A stretch of 46,518 nucleotides of DNA from a candidate division WOR-3 bacterium (GCA_037444665.1 JBBILZ010000012.1:1-46518), one strand, 5' to 3'; shown: positions 34,471-44,282, counted from the stretch's first letter. A program made the numbers and translations. Notes: generated by a model from the letters alone, not told the origin.

Positions 34471-37222
34471 GAAAAATAAATAATTCCTCTGGTTCAAGCA
34501 CTCCCCTTGCTTCAACCGCATCAATCAGATATTGCGCCTCTTTTTTTAATGCGGGATAATCAGACCCTAAATATTTTTTAACAAGTTCCGCAAGTTCTTT
34601 TTTAAGTTCTGGTGTCTTTGCTGAGGTCTCAAGTTTTTCATAAGTCTTTCTGAGCGTCTTTATAATTATTGCCCTATGCTCGTCATTCTTTACCATCTTT
34701 AATTCCTGTTTTAATGTATCAATCGCCTTCTTACCTAAATTTGCAATGCCACTGATTGCTGCAACCTTTACAATGTATGATGTATCATATAATTGATGGA
34801 CCAATATTGGCAGCCCAAGCGTATCCTTAATATTCTGCAATGCCTCAGCAATGCGCAACCTCATCCGCTCATTCTTGTGGTCTTTATAATCATTAAAGAC
34901 CGATATTGCGAGGGTATCTTTCAATTTTCCTAAGGTGTAAATCAAAACACCGGCAACCTTGTCTTCTGGCTTTGCTTTAAGTATCAAGCGTAATGTATCC
35001 TTTGCCTTTGTATACTCAAGTTGTCCAAATAAATATATTGAATTTCTCACGATTGTATCATTTGATGAATGTAACCCCTGATAAAGGTAATATGCTGCTG
35101 TGTCTTTGAATGCCTTAAATATTTCTTCAATTGCACGCAGTTTCAGACCATCAAATGTCCGCATCTCGTTCTTAAAGATATATTCAACTGCCCTTTCTTT
35201 AAATTCATTTATCAGAATCCTTCTCCCGGTCCTTGCCTTAGCAATATCTGCCCTTACTTCCCAGAGTGAGCCATAATAAAATAATTTTGCCATCTTTGCC
35301 GAATCGCTCTGCATTGTATCAAGTTCGGGAAAAGTTGTAATCGTATCTTCCCAGGGCTCTTTTTTAGGCTCTACCGCCTCTAAATCCATTCCTAAGGCAT
35401 AGGTTCCTGATGTCCAGATATGGTTATTCTTTCCCTTGTCTTTTTCTGCATAACGGTCATCGCCCTGCAGGTCAATAAAGAGTCCAATACCACCAGTGCC
35501 CCTTGCCCAGTTTGCGCCCCCCTGGCTCATCCCTTCCCTTGAACCGTAATCATCATTTCCCCTTGTATCAACAAAGATTCCTACAGAGTTTGTCAGACCT
35601 ATGCCCTGGCCACCAGATGCATAATAGACATCATCACCATCTTTATCAAGTAGCCAGCCCACTGCCACATCATGGCCCTCTCCCTGGGATGGACCGAATC
35701 TTGAGAAATAGTGGTCATCGCCTTCTAAGTCAATCAAACCACCAACAGAAAGATGAATTCCTGCACCCTGTGAATATTGTGCTGCAGAATACAAATCATT
35801 GCCCTGCTCATCAAGGAGCATACCGAGCGCAAACCAGTAAGAGGTTGCCTGTCCATATACTTCAGAGATATATTTATCATTTCCCTTACAGTCATACAAA
35901 AATCCAATTCCACCTGATGTAACATCACGCCAGCCAAATCCAAAGCCCTGGGCAAATGAACGATACTGGTCAGGGTCTAATGGCATATGAAGATATTTAC
36001 CACCCGCATAATACAGGTCATCGCCATCTTTATCATAGAGCAACCCATATCCCCAGACTCCACCCATCCCCTGTGCCCAGGTAAATGTATGATACACATC
36101 ATCATCTTCATTATCAAGTAGAATTCCTGTGCCAAAATTACCCGCACCCTGGACAAAGTATCCACCACGATAATTATCAAATCCCTTTTCATCAATTAAT
36201 ATTCCGATGCCAAAGAGCCCTGCACCCTGGCTAATATGGAAACCAGTATATGTATCATTTCCTGATAAATCCCAGAGCAGACCAACACCAAATAGACCCG
36301 CACCCTGATTTACAAGTTTTTCCGAGTTTCTATAAACATCATCACCGGCAAGGTCAAGCAAAAGACCCACTGGTGTATTGAGCATACCGATTGCAGAACC
36401 ACACCTGCCCAGATATGTATCATTACCACCAAGGTCAATGATGATTGCGAAATCTTCTGTGTATACATTATCGCCAGAACCACCAATCACGCATTTGAAT
36501 CCACCGGGCAATTCAAAAACTTCATAGACACTGCCCTTAACACCAGGAATTTCTTTAAAAGGAAGATTTTCTTGTTTTGTAAGTTCTTTAGTTAATCCAA
36601 GAATCTGTTCAACACCATTGGCAAATATTTTACCTGCAGTATACAATTCAACTAAGTCTATCTTCTTTGCCAGTTGTAGTAATTGAACAGTCTCAATGGT
36701 TGTTCCGGTATCACGCTCAATACCGAATTCTTTATGCAATGCACCCGCATAACCACGCATCAGTGAATCTGCCTCATCTGCCCAGAGTGAAGGCGCAGTG
36801 TAAATTAAACTGTCAATCTGTTCTGATGTCAAGTTCTTAAATGCAAGGTCAAGATGCTTTTTGGTCAGGGAGAAGACTTCGGTTATTAATGGCTTCAATT
36901 CCTTTGAGTTGAACTTTTCAGAACCACATTTTTTCTGGGTTATTTCATTAGCACAAAATTCTATATAATCAGATATTCTGCTACAAGCATTTATTTTTTT
37001 ACCTGAATATAGCACATAATCAGGCACACGCATAGGAGCGTCCATCAATTCAATGATGGGCTTGATGCGGAAACTATCCTGTATCCAGTGTTTGTCATAT
37101 TCTAAATCAATCTTTGAAAGGTTCAAGAGTTTCAAGCCTTCGTAAATATATTGCTGTTCAACCCTCCACAATGTATCAGGTTGTTGCCCAATAAAGACTG
37201 AAAATAAAATAATCTGTATCGT
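34445..37222 (-). CDS. Large exported protein with Gly/Asp-rich repeats and C-terminal HEAT repeats
   Basis: Many QGxG..G.G.L.D..G[DN]D.Y repeats and HEAT-like helices. The frame is open upstream of TTG 37171 to ACG 37222, which follows GAGGTCTT. Confidence 0.8.
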   Translation of the reverse strand, partial: TIQIILFSVFIGQQPDTLWRVEQQYIYEGLKLLNLSKIDLEYDKHWIQDSFRIKPIIELMDAPMRVPDYVLYSGKKINACSRISDYIEFCANEITQKKCGSEKFNSKELKPLITEVFSLTKKHLDLAFKNLTSEQIDSLIYTAPSLWADEADSLMRGYAGALHKEFGIERDTGTTIETVQLLQLAKKIDLVELYTAGKIFANGVEQILGLTKELTKQENLPFKEIPGVKGSVYEVFELPGGFKCVIGGSGDNVYTEDFAIIIDLGGNDTYLGRCGSAIGMLNTPVGLLLDLAGDDVYRNSEKLVNQGAGLFGVGLLWDLSGNDTYTGFHISQGAGLFGIGILIDEKGFDNYRGGYFVQGAGNFGTGILLDNEDDDVYHTFTWAQGMGGVWGYGLLYDKDGDDLYYAGGKYLHMPLDPDQYRSFAQGFGFGWRDVTSGGIGFLYDCKGNDKYISEVYGQATSYWFALGMLLDEQGNDLYSAAQYSQGAGIHLSVGGLIDLEGDDHYFSRFGPSQGEGHDVAVGWLLDKDGDDVYYASGGQGIGLTNSVGIFVDTRGNDDYGSREGMSQGGANWARGTGGIGLFIDLQGDDRYAEKDKGKNNHIWTSGTYALGMDLEAVEPKKEPWEDTITTFPELDTMQSDSAKMAKLFYYGSLWEVRADIAKARTGRRILINEFKERAVEYIFKNEMRTFDGLKLRAIEEIFKAFKDTAAYYLYQGLHSSNDTIVRNSIYLFGQLEYTKAKDTLRLILKAKPEDKVAGVLIYTLGKLKDTLAISVFNDYKDHKNERMRLRIAEALQNIKDTLGLPILVHQLYDTSYIVKVAAISGIANLGKKAIDTLKQELKMVKNDEHRAIIIKTLRKTYEKLETSAKTPELKKELAELVKKYLGSDYPALKKEAQYLIDAVEARGVLEPEELFIFPSSPISPF

Positions 37223-37236
37223 AAGACCTCGCTATG

Positions 37237-37713
37237 TTATTTTAATGTTGCTATCCAATCACCAATAAAATGGGTAATGATGATGACCACAATGGCAATC
37301 AACAGATGTTCGCCAACAACCCGCCAGGGATTTGTGCCCTGTTCCTTACCCATTGCAAAACTGAAGAGTGTTATCAAAAGCAATCCCCATAAGACACTTA
37401 TGATAATTGCAACGGATAACGAGAATAACAATACCGGTATCAAAAATGTCAGGGCAAAGAAGAATTTGGCAAAAAAGGTCATCAAGGTTGATTCCCAGAT
37501 CTCATTTGTAGTATGTTTATTTTCTGATTCCTCAGAAATATGGATACCAAGGGCATCAGAAAATGCATCAGCAATTGCAATGGTCAGAATACCACCGATA
37601 ACCACAATCTTGGAATGGGTCCCGGAATGTAACCCCACCATCAAACCCAGGGTTGTTATAATCCCGGATGTTGAACCAAAACTAAAACCCGTTTTTAAAG
37701 AATGTTTAAGCAT
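37237..37713 (-). CDS. VIT1/CCC1-like membrane protein
   Basis: FGSTSGIITTLG, IAIADAFSDALG. Confidence 0.75.
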   Translation of the reverse strand: MLKHSLKTGFSFGSTSGIITTLGLMVGLHSGTHSKIVVIGGILTIAIADAFSDALGIHISEESENKHTTNEIWESTLMTFFAKFFFALTFLIPVLLFSLSVAIIISVLWGLLLITLFSFAMGKEQGTNPWRVVGEHLLIAIVVIIITHFIGDWIATLK

Positions 37714-37719
37714 AAATCC

Positions 37720-37835
37720 TTTCTGGTCTTTTTGGTCTATTTAGTCTTTTTGGTCTTTCTGGTTTATTTAGTTTATTTGTTTCCGTCCTCGTTTCTTCGT
37801 ATCGTCCCATCTTCATATCCCCGCCTCCTTCTTTC
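37720..37835. repeat. 9-bp tandem repeat block plus shorter repeats
   Basis: About six degenerate TGGTCTWTT units at 37723-37780. Confidence 0.75.
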
Positions 37836-38711
37836 TCATACCTCTATCCCAAACACCTTTCTCATAATTATCCCGATTAAAAAATTGATCACTGCAACAG
37901 CAAGACTTATTCCTGCCATCTCTAAGAATCTATCTTTAAATTTCAGCCCTTTGGCAACTGAGACATAATAATTAAAGAAAAAGATTAAGAAGAGCGCAGT
38001 GAAGATTGTAAATATCAGGCACAAAAATATATGCTGCAACAAAAAATATGGCAGAACCAGGAGTATTATTGTTCCAAGATAGGCGATGCCTGTGTAGAGA
38101 GCCGACTTTATGGGAATTTTTTCTGATGACTCTTCCTTTGCAGAAAGATACGAAGAGGAGCCCATTGACAAAGAACCAGCAATACCAGTAATCAATCCTA
38201 CAATCCCTACAATCTGTGATTTCTGTAATGCTAAAGAAAATCCTACCAGTGCCCCACTTATTTCAACAAGGGCATCATTCAAGCCAAGAACAATTGAACT
38301 CACATACTTCAATCGCTCTTCTTTAATAAGGGTTATTAGTTCCCTTTCATGCCTGTTTTCGTCCTGGATAATCCCATCTATTGCTGGTGCAACCTTGCGT
38401 ATCCCATCGTATGACTTTTGTGCAAGGTCTTCACCCTTTTCCATAAGTTTTAAAATAAAGTTCAAACCAAATAATCGTGCCAAAATTGTATAAAAAGATA
38501 CCCTGAATCTATTGGGAATAAGTTCTTGACCAGTCAGGCTTTTAAAAAAATTATAATGGCTCATCTCTTCATCGGCAATATGCAATAGAATTTTTGAATG
38601 TTCCTGATTTTTATTAAACTTTGCGAGATTTCGGTATATATGATATTCGTTCAACTCACCCTGCTGACTCTTGATTATCTTATCTTTAATTTCTGATGGC
38701 AATTTCTCCAT
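37836..38711 (-). CDS. Rubrerythrin/ferritin-like domain fused to a VIT1/CCC1 transporter (MbfA-like)
   Basis: ExxH motifs (DEEMSH, DENRHE), VLGLNDALVE, SLSMGSS. Confidence 0.88.
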   Translation of the reverse strand: MEKLPSEIKDKIIKSQQGELNEYHIYRNLAKFNKNQEHSKILLHIADEEMSHYNFFKSLTGQELIPNRFRVSFYTILARLFGLNFILKLMEKGEDLAQKSYDGIRKVAPAIDGIIQDENRHERELITLIKEERLKYVSSIVLGLNDALVEISGALVGFSLALQKSQIVGIVGLITGIAGSLSMGSSSYLSAKEESSEKIPIKSALYTGIAYLGTIILLVLPYFLLQHIFLCLIFTIFTALFLIFFFNYYVSVAKGLKFKDRFLEMAGISLAVAVINFLIGIIMRKVFGIEV

Positions 38712-38717
38712 CTTTCT

Positions 38718-38745
38718 ATTATATTCAGCAAAGGAAGGTTTTCAA
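38718..38745 (-). promoter_or_regulatory. Promoter of the VIT genes (likely leaderless)
   Basis: TTGAAA-N16-TATAAT; ATG follows 6 nt later. Confidence 0.6.
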
Positions 38746-38809
38746 GACTGAAGGTACAAGATGCAGGACCGCAGCGCCTGCAGTATCATCAAATTTAAAA
38801 TGCCTAAAA

Positions 38810-38833
38810 GTAGCGTCCGACTTCAGTCGGACG
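38810..38833 (+). repeat. GTAG-type REP hairpin, second subfamily
   Basis: GTAG-CGTCCGAC-TTCA-GTCGGACG. Confidence 0.65.
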
Positions 38834-38974
38834 ATGAGATTCGTCCATCTGTTTTTACCCTTGACCATGCCCTATAACCATACTGGCTGCCATGCCATAC
38901 AACCATATACCATTCACTTAATCGCTATTTGTTACACAGTTTCGCTGCCCGTATCTTCCTTCCTCTCTTTTAAA

Positions 38975-39415
38975 TCACTCCTTTAACTCTGATGTGCAGT
39001 TCGGACAGCGCACCGCCTTAATCGGAATCGCTGTAAAACAGAACGGACACTCTTTGGTTGTTGGTGCAGATGGCGCAGATGGTTTTGGTGCGGTCCAGCG
39101 ATTTACCTGCCTGATCATAAGAAAAAGTGCAAGGGCAACAATAATAAAATTGATAATTGTATTGATAAACAGACCGTAATTGAGCGTAGGGATACCCGCC
39201 TTTTTTGCCTCTGCAATACTCGCAATAGGCTGACCAGAAAGATTTATGAAGAGATTAGAAAAATCCACTTTATTTAACAGCAGACCAATGGGTGGCATAA
39301 TAATATCGTTGACGAGTGAATTAACAATGGCGCCGAATGCACCACCCATTATAAAGCCCACGGCGAGGTCAATTACATTGCCGCGCATTGCGAATTTTTT
39401 GAATTCAGAAAACAT
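38975..39415 (-). CDS. mscL: Large-conductance mechanosensitive channel with C-terminal CxxC pair
   Basis: [32 protein letters not shown]. Confidence 0.95.
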   Translation of the reverse strand: MFSEFKKFAMRGNVIDLAVGFIMGGAFGAIVNSLVNDIIMPPIGLLLNKVDFSNLFINLSGQPIASIAEAKKAGIPTLNYGLFINTIINFIIVALALFLMIRQVNRWTAPKPSAPSAPTTKECPFCFTAIPIKAVRCPNCTSELKE

Positions 39416-39435
39416 AAAACCTCCTTATATATTCA

Positions 39436-39472
39436 AAATACCTAAATGCCTAAACGCCTAAATTCCTAAACT
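39436..39472. repeat. 8-bp tandem repeat (CCTAAA core) x4
   Basis: ATACCTAA ATGCCTAA ACGCCTAA ATTCCTAA. Confidence 0.65.
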
Positions 39473-39552
39473 AATGATTAATCGTAAGGCTAATTAGAGA
39501 CATCTTATGTTTTTTGCCATTTTCGCATTAACATAAGTCTTTTTATATTCAC

Positions 39553-39582
39553 AAAAAGGGGAGGCTTATGCCTCCCCTTTTT
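39553..39582. terminator. Bidirectional intrinsic terminator
   Basis: AAAAA-GGGGAGGC-TTAT-GCCTCCCC-TTTTT. Confidence 0.85.
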
Positions 39583-39599
39583 AATATACCATTCGTTTT

Positions 39600-41438
39600 T
39601 TACTTCACAATTACAAATTCAACCCTGCGGTTCTTTGCCATATTCTCAGGTGTAGTATTAGGAACGACCGGTTTACTTTCACCATATCCCTGTGGAATCA
39701 ATCGTTCTGCGTCAAGATTATGTTTTGTCACAAGATAATCCTTTACTGCTCCTGCCCTATCCTGCGAGAGTTTTAGATTATATTTATCAGAGCCCCTGCT
39801 ATCAGTATGACCCTGAATTTTAATCTTTGTTGTCGCATTACCCGAAAAGATTTTTGCAATCGTTTTTGCGGCATCATCAAGGACTGGGTAAGATTCTGGT
39901 TTGATCTCTGATTTTGCGGTTTCAAAATAGACTTCAGGTAACACAATCTTGAACTCTTTCTTTACCAGTGGAACTTCAACTTCAAGTTTTGTGCCCGCTT
40001 CTAATTTCACAGTTCTTTCATAAGGCAGATAATTTTCATCCGCTGCAACCGCTTTAATCGTATAAGTCCCTGCCTTGAGTGAACGGGTGATGTTTGAAGT
40101 AGTCTCTTCAATCTGGTCACCAATTGTGACCTTTGCCACCATTGGTTGTTTTGTAGCAAGGTCAATTACATTAATCACAAGTTCTCCTTCGGTTGGAATT
40201 GGTTTCAGTCTCAAATTAAGAGGAATCTTTTCTCCGGGGCTAACGAGCATTTCCAGACTTTCGTCATAAAAACCATCAAGTGATGCAACAATCTTGTAAT
40301 CGCCTTCCTCTATGGCGGTAAATTCAAACTGCCCCTGGGCATTAGAACTCGTAGCCTTAATAAGCGCACCTTCGCGGTAGATTGAAATATTTGCAGAGAG
40401 TGGTTCATCAGTCTTGTCATTCACAACAGTTCCGGCAATGATTGCAGGTTTTGGTCCTTCAGGTTTGAAATCAACACAATACGAAAAACCAAGAATACCT
40501 GCCCATGCTGGTGCCACACCCCAGCCCGTTGTTATATTTGTGCTATCAGTGAGAGGAGTAGGAAATGCGCGGTCATTCAAACCTTCCCATGCCCGCACAT
40601 CAAATGCCAGATTTATAGAGAATCTGCCGGGTCTGAAACTGATTCCTGGTGTATAATACACTTCGTTAGCACCAAATATCTCGTCATCGTCAATAAAAGT
40701 AAAGAACTTGTCTTCGCCGCTATAATCAATGCCGCCGACTTCTATAAATGGCACAATCTTACCCAAATTCCAGCTCAATGCAGCACGATAGATAGTGTAG
40801 TTATTGCGCCAGCCCATTTCATCGTCATTCTTGTTTTTGTCAATATAACCGCCATTCAAATCAAGGATCATCAGTTTTGACTGAAAACTAATACCCATAA
40901 GCACTCCATAATCAATTGCACCACTGGAAAAATAGCGGAATACTCCACCATCATTACCATAGGCATCGCCAAAGATAGGATAGTTCCTCTGGGTAAGTGT
41001 AGTGCTACGGTCTGACCCTGTAGGAAGAGAAAGAACAGGTCCGATTGACCAGCCGAATTTTTCACTTCCCAGGCTGAGTTTTAACCCGACTTTTGTATCA
41101 CCCCAGCCCATACTTGCCCGATTATACTCGCTATCAGTATAGTTTACACCATCGCCATGGAATGATGTGGCAATGTTAAAGGCAAGATTATCAGTAATCG
41201 CATAGCCCAAACCAAAGAACATATCACCGCCACCATGGGTTGCTTCACCAGTGGAATCGCCAACTATTGCTACATCCCTTATTTCAGAAAAACCACGTGC
41301 AAACCAGCCGATATGGAAGTGTCCAGCCCCGCCATTATAGGCAGACTCAGTGCGGAACAGACCATACACGCCCTGGTTATTGGAATAACCACTACACAAT
41401 GCAAGTATTACAGATAGGGTAATAAGGATTCGGACCAT
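39600..41438 (-). CDS. OmpA family outer-membrane protein with carboxypeptidase-regulatory-like linker domains
   Basis: Signal peptide and barrel-like N-terminus; VYFETAKS, QGHTDSRG..YNLKLSQDRA, NRRVEF. Confidence 0.9.
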   Translation of the reverse strand: MVRILITLSVILALCSGYSNNQGVYGLFRTESAYNGGAGHFHIGWFARGFSEIRDVAIVGDSTGEATHGGGDMFFGLGYAITDNLAFNIATSFHGDGVNYTDSEYNRASMGWGDTKVGLKLSLGSEKFGWSIGPVLSLPTGSDRSTTLTQRNYPIFGDAYGNDGGVFRYFSSGAIDYGVLMGISFQSKLMILDLNGGYIDKNKNDDEMGWRNNYTIYRAALSWNLGKIVPFIEVGGIDYSGEDKFFTFIDDDEIFGANEVYYTPGISFRPGRFSINLAFDVRAWEGLNDRAFPTPLTDSTNITTGWGVAPAWAGILGFSYCVDFKPEGPKPAIIAGTVVNDKTDEPLSANISIYREGALIKATSSNAQGQFEFTAIEEGDYKIVASLDGFYDESLEMLVSPGEKIPLNLRLKPIPTEGELVINVIDLATKQPMVAKVTIGDQIEETTSNITRSLKAGTYTIKAVAADENYLPYERTVKLEAGTKLEVEVPLVKKEFKIVLPEVYFETAKSEIKPESYPVLDDAAKTIAKIFSGNATTKIKIQGHTDSRGSDKYNLKLSQDRAGAVKDYLVTKHNLDAERLIPQGYGESKPVVPNTTPENMAKNRRVEFVIVK

Positions 41439-41480
41439 AACAACCTCCTTTCTTTTATGTCTCCTAACCCTATATATATA

Positions 41481-41508
41481 ATTTTACCCGAAAACTGAAG
41501 TAAGTCAA
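41481..41508 (-). promoter_or_regulatory. Promoter of the OmpA-family gene
   Basis: TTGACT-N16-TAAAAT; AGGAGG RBS downstream. Confidence 0.65.
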
Positions 41509-41519
41509 TATGCAATAAA

Positions 41520-41800
41520 AATGGTTGTTGGTTATTGGGCATTGACGCCGGTATGGTCATAGGGCGTGGTCTTTTTAGTCTATCTGGTCTATTTGGTCTT
41601 TTTCGTTTCATAATTCATTTCTGCCTATCAACTGCCTACTATTGCTGTTTTTCCCCTCTTTACCCCTTTTCACCCTTCTTCACCCCTTTTTACCCTTTAA
41701 TATATAGCCCTTTTCCGCCCTTTAGCCATCTTTAGCCTTTTTTAGCCTTCTTGAGCCCTTTTAGTTCTACAATGCCTTAAATTGCCTTATCATCCCATTC
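41520..41800. repeat. Repeat mosaic
   Basis: TGG 7-mers, TGGTCTATT 9-mers, CTAC, ACCCCTTTT and TAGCCYTTT 10-mers. Confidence 0.75.
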
Positions 41801-42622
41801 TTATGTAATCCCCAATTTTTTCTTTTCCCTATATATCTCAGGCAATAATCTACGAAATCGGTCTTTGGTTGCAAGTATCCAATCTTTAAAATGTTCCTCC
41901 ATTTTTTGTTTTGTCCAGCGATGACTATTTAAATCCTTTTCATCAAAATAGAATCCCTTTTCTACCTGCTTTGCAGATGTTAAGCAGACCGGGCAACGGA
42001 ATAAGTCATTCTCAATCCTCTGGAATGAATTACAATAATCAACCGGGCAGTATTTTGAAATGACTGAAGAATATGGAGAATTGACAAAATAAATCATTTT
42101 TTCTATTGATTTTTCAAGATTTTTTGCTTTTTTATCAAGTAATACTTCACCCTGCCCTGCCCCAAACATAAAAAAACTATCAACAATCCTGCATCCGAGT
42201 GCAAGGAGTGTGATATTCATCAATGGGAGTTGGAACTGATTCCAATCAATTGGTGAGGCAATACCAATGCTTATTGCTGGTCTTTCTGGTTTGTCCTTTA
42301 TCAATGGATACAAACAGAGAAATCTATCAAGAAACACCTTCAGTTTTCCCGGAATTGTAAGAACATAGGTCGGAGCAATGAGGATTATGCCATCTGCATT
42401 TACAATCTTATCTGCGAGTTTATAAAGGTCATCATCAAGTTTGCATTTAACATTCTTAAACACACAGGACATACAACCCTGACACTGTTTTATAGCATAA
42501 TCCTTTAAAAAGATTAATTCAGATTCACTGCTCTGCGCATTTATCAATTGATTTATATATCTTCCAAGTAGTTCACTATTACCATTCTTTCTCTCTGATG
42601 CGATTAGAATTGCAATCTTCAT
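41801..42622 (-). CDS. Flavodoxin-fold (iron-sulfur flavoprotein-like) protein
   Basis: SERKNGNS, CQGCMSC-x5-C, APTY, extra C-terminal Cys pairs. Confidence 0.85.
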   Translation of the reverse strand: MKIAILIASERKNGNSELLGRYINQLINAQSSESELIFLKDYAIKQCQGCMSCVFKNVKCKLDDDLYKLADKIVNADGIILIAPTYVLTIPGKLKVFLDRFLCLYPLIKDKPERPAISIGIASPIDWNQFQLPLMNITLLALGCRIVDSFFMFGAGQGEVLLDKKAKNLEKSIEKMIYFVNSPYSSVISKYCPVDYCNSFQRIENDLFRCPVCLTSAKQVEKGFYFDEKDLNSHRWTKQKMEEHFKDWILATKDRFRRLLPEIYREKKKLGIT

Positions 42623-42948
42623 CTTCTTCTCCGTGCTGCATAATAAAAAGGCGCAAAATAATTACGCCACAATCTATCAGATGAGCCATATTGATTATCA
42701 CCACAAAAATAATCAAGCAAAACCTCACGCATTCTGAGCACCTCTTTCAATCTCTTTCTATTCTTCTCATCTGCAACTGTTAAATCAATCAATTCAAGGC
42801 CGCGTTCAATCGCCTTCATACAATAATCTTTATTCTTTTCGCGCCATAAAATTGCCCTTTCTACTTCACTGCCAATATGTGCCATCTGTTCAAGAAATGG
42901 TATTTGAAACCATCTTCCTTTAGCAAGTTCTTTATGCTGGTAAGTCAT
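42619..42948 (-). CDS. Conserved-looking helical hypothetical protein
   Basis: HKELAKGRW...EQMAHIGSEVERA; ATGA-coupled to the flavodoxin gene. Confidence 0.75.
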   Translation of the reverse strand: MTYQHKELAKGRWFQIPFLEQMAHIGSEVERAILWREKNKDYCMKAIERGLELIDLTVADEKNRKRLKEVLRMREVLLDYFCGDNQYGSSDRLWRNYFAPFYYAARRRR

Positions 42949-42989
42949 ACAGGAATCTTCTCTCTTATAATCAACATCTATTATAGAAT

Positions 42990-44213
42990 CTATTTCTCAG
43001 GCTCAACCACCCGTCCTATAAAAAGGATATTGCCCGTAGATTTTTCCTGAATAATAAAAATAAACGGATGGTCTGCACGGAAAACCGGAATCTGCGGTCC
43101 AACCGATGTTATACCCACTACTACACCGGTTGCTGCAGCAGCCTCAGTCCCTTCTTCATTTACCTCCACAAATGCCTTGTGCACCACTGCTTGAATATAA
43201 AGATTCTTTGTTCCATCAATACCTGAAAGGTCACAATGCGGTGCAAAGGCATTGGGCATACCGAGTTCAGAAAGGCTGATTGTCAAATCATATCTGGTAG
43301 TAAAAGTAAAACGAGGAATATAGACCTCTACCCTACGTGCAGTAAGCAATTTTTTCCACTCGTCCAGTTTTGCCATAGTAAGATTATTTTCAAGATTCTG
43401 CAGTGTCCTTTCTCGTGGCAAAAGGATGAGCATAGAGAGTTCATCACCTTCATAGTTCATTTCTAAGATTTGCAGGTCCTCTGTTTCTGCATAATTGAAC
43501 ATTGCCTCAGGGTCGGTCCTTCTCATCATTGGCACCTTTATTGATTTTGTTTCATTGACCCAGAAATCCTCTTCCATTGTCAGTTTTTTATCAAACTGCT
43601 TTACCCATATCCCCTTAAAATAGATGGCATTTGTGATAATCAATCTGGTCATTGTATTTACTGAACCAGGTGGTAAAAGGTCCTTTATCTTGTTGTTAGT
43701 CTTCTGTTCAACCCATTTATTAATTGTCTGGCGTGACTGCTCTGTCGCACCGACAAAATCAAGATTGGTTGCTTTGCCACCATAATATTTATCAATTGTA
43801 GAAAGATAGGCACTGAGCAATTTATAATCCTTTTGCACCCAGAGGGCATTTGCAATATTCAATTTATACTTTGCTGTTTTTTTATTCAGACGCTGGTACA
43901 GACCATAAAATGCATCCTGGCAGGCTTTTGTATCCTTAGGAAACTGAAATACCTGCTGAATTTCATTGGCAACCCAGCCCCGTGCACCTTCGTATACCAT
44001 TGCCATTGCGCTTGTAATACTGAATGGCGAATAGAATATATTACCGGAATCTTTCTGAGCAAGGTTCCTGTATAAATTAAGGCAGAACTGGTTATTTCCA
44101 TTGATTACTGTCTTCATATCTGCATCTGCAGATTCTGACGGGTTTGCCTTTGACCCCATAGCAAATAGAATTCCGGATATTAATATGGAATAGAATAAAA
44201 TTCTAAAGGGCAT
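42990..44213 (-). CDS. Serpin (predicted inhibitory), secreted
   Basis: NIFYSPFSI, NAIYFKG.W, hinge EEGTEAAAAT, FRADHPF; signal peptide. Confidence 0.95.
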   Translation of the reverse strand: MPFRILFYSILISGILFAMGSKANPSESADADMKTVINGNNQFCLNLYRNLAQKDSGNIFYSPFSITSAMAMVYEGARGWVANEIQQVFQFPKDTKACQDAFYGLYQRLNKKTAKYKLNIANALWVQKDYKLLSAYLSTIDKYYGGKATNLDFVGATEQSRQTINKWVEQKTNNKIKDLLPPGSVNTMTRLIITNAIYFKGIWVKQFDKKLTMEEDFWVNETKSIKVPMMRRTDPEAMFNYAETEDLQILEMNYEGDELSMLILLPRERTLQNLENNLTMAKLDEWKKLLTARRVEVYIPRFTFTTRYDLTISLSELGMPNAFAPHCDLSGIDGTKNLYIQAVVHKAFVEVNEEGTEAAAATGVVVGITSVGPQIPVFRADHPFIFIIQEKSTGNILFIGRVVEPEK

Positions 44214-44237
44214 AAGACCTCCTTATCTCAATTTTAT

Positions 44238-44265
44238 ATTATCCCTATTTTTACAATGATGTCAA
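44238..44265 (-). promoter_or_regulatory. Promoter of the serpin operon
   Basis: TTGACA-N16-GATAAT. Confidence 0.5.
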
Positions 44266-44282
44266 TATTTTTATATGCATCA

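Noticed and set aside
34170..34524. ORFs 34170-34439 and 34330-34524, and similar ORFs at 17770, 37702 and 41535
   Set aside because: Translations of low-complexity repeats (LVYLV/LFGLS patterns) with no RBS or protein motif.
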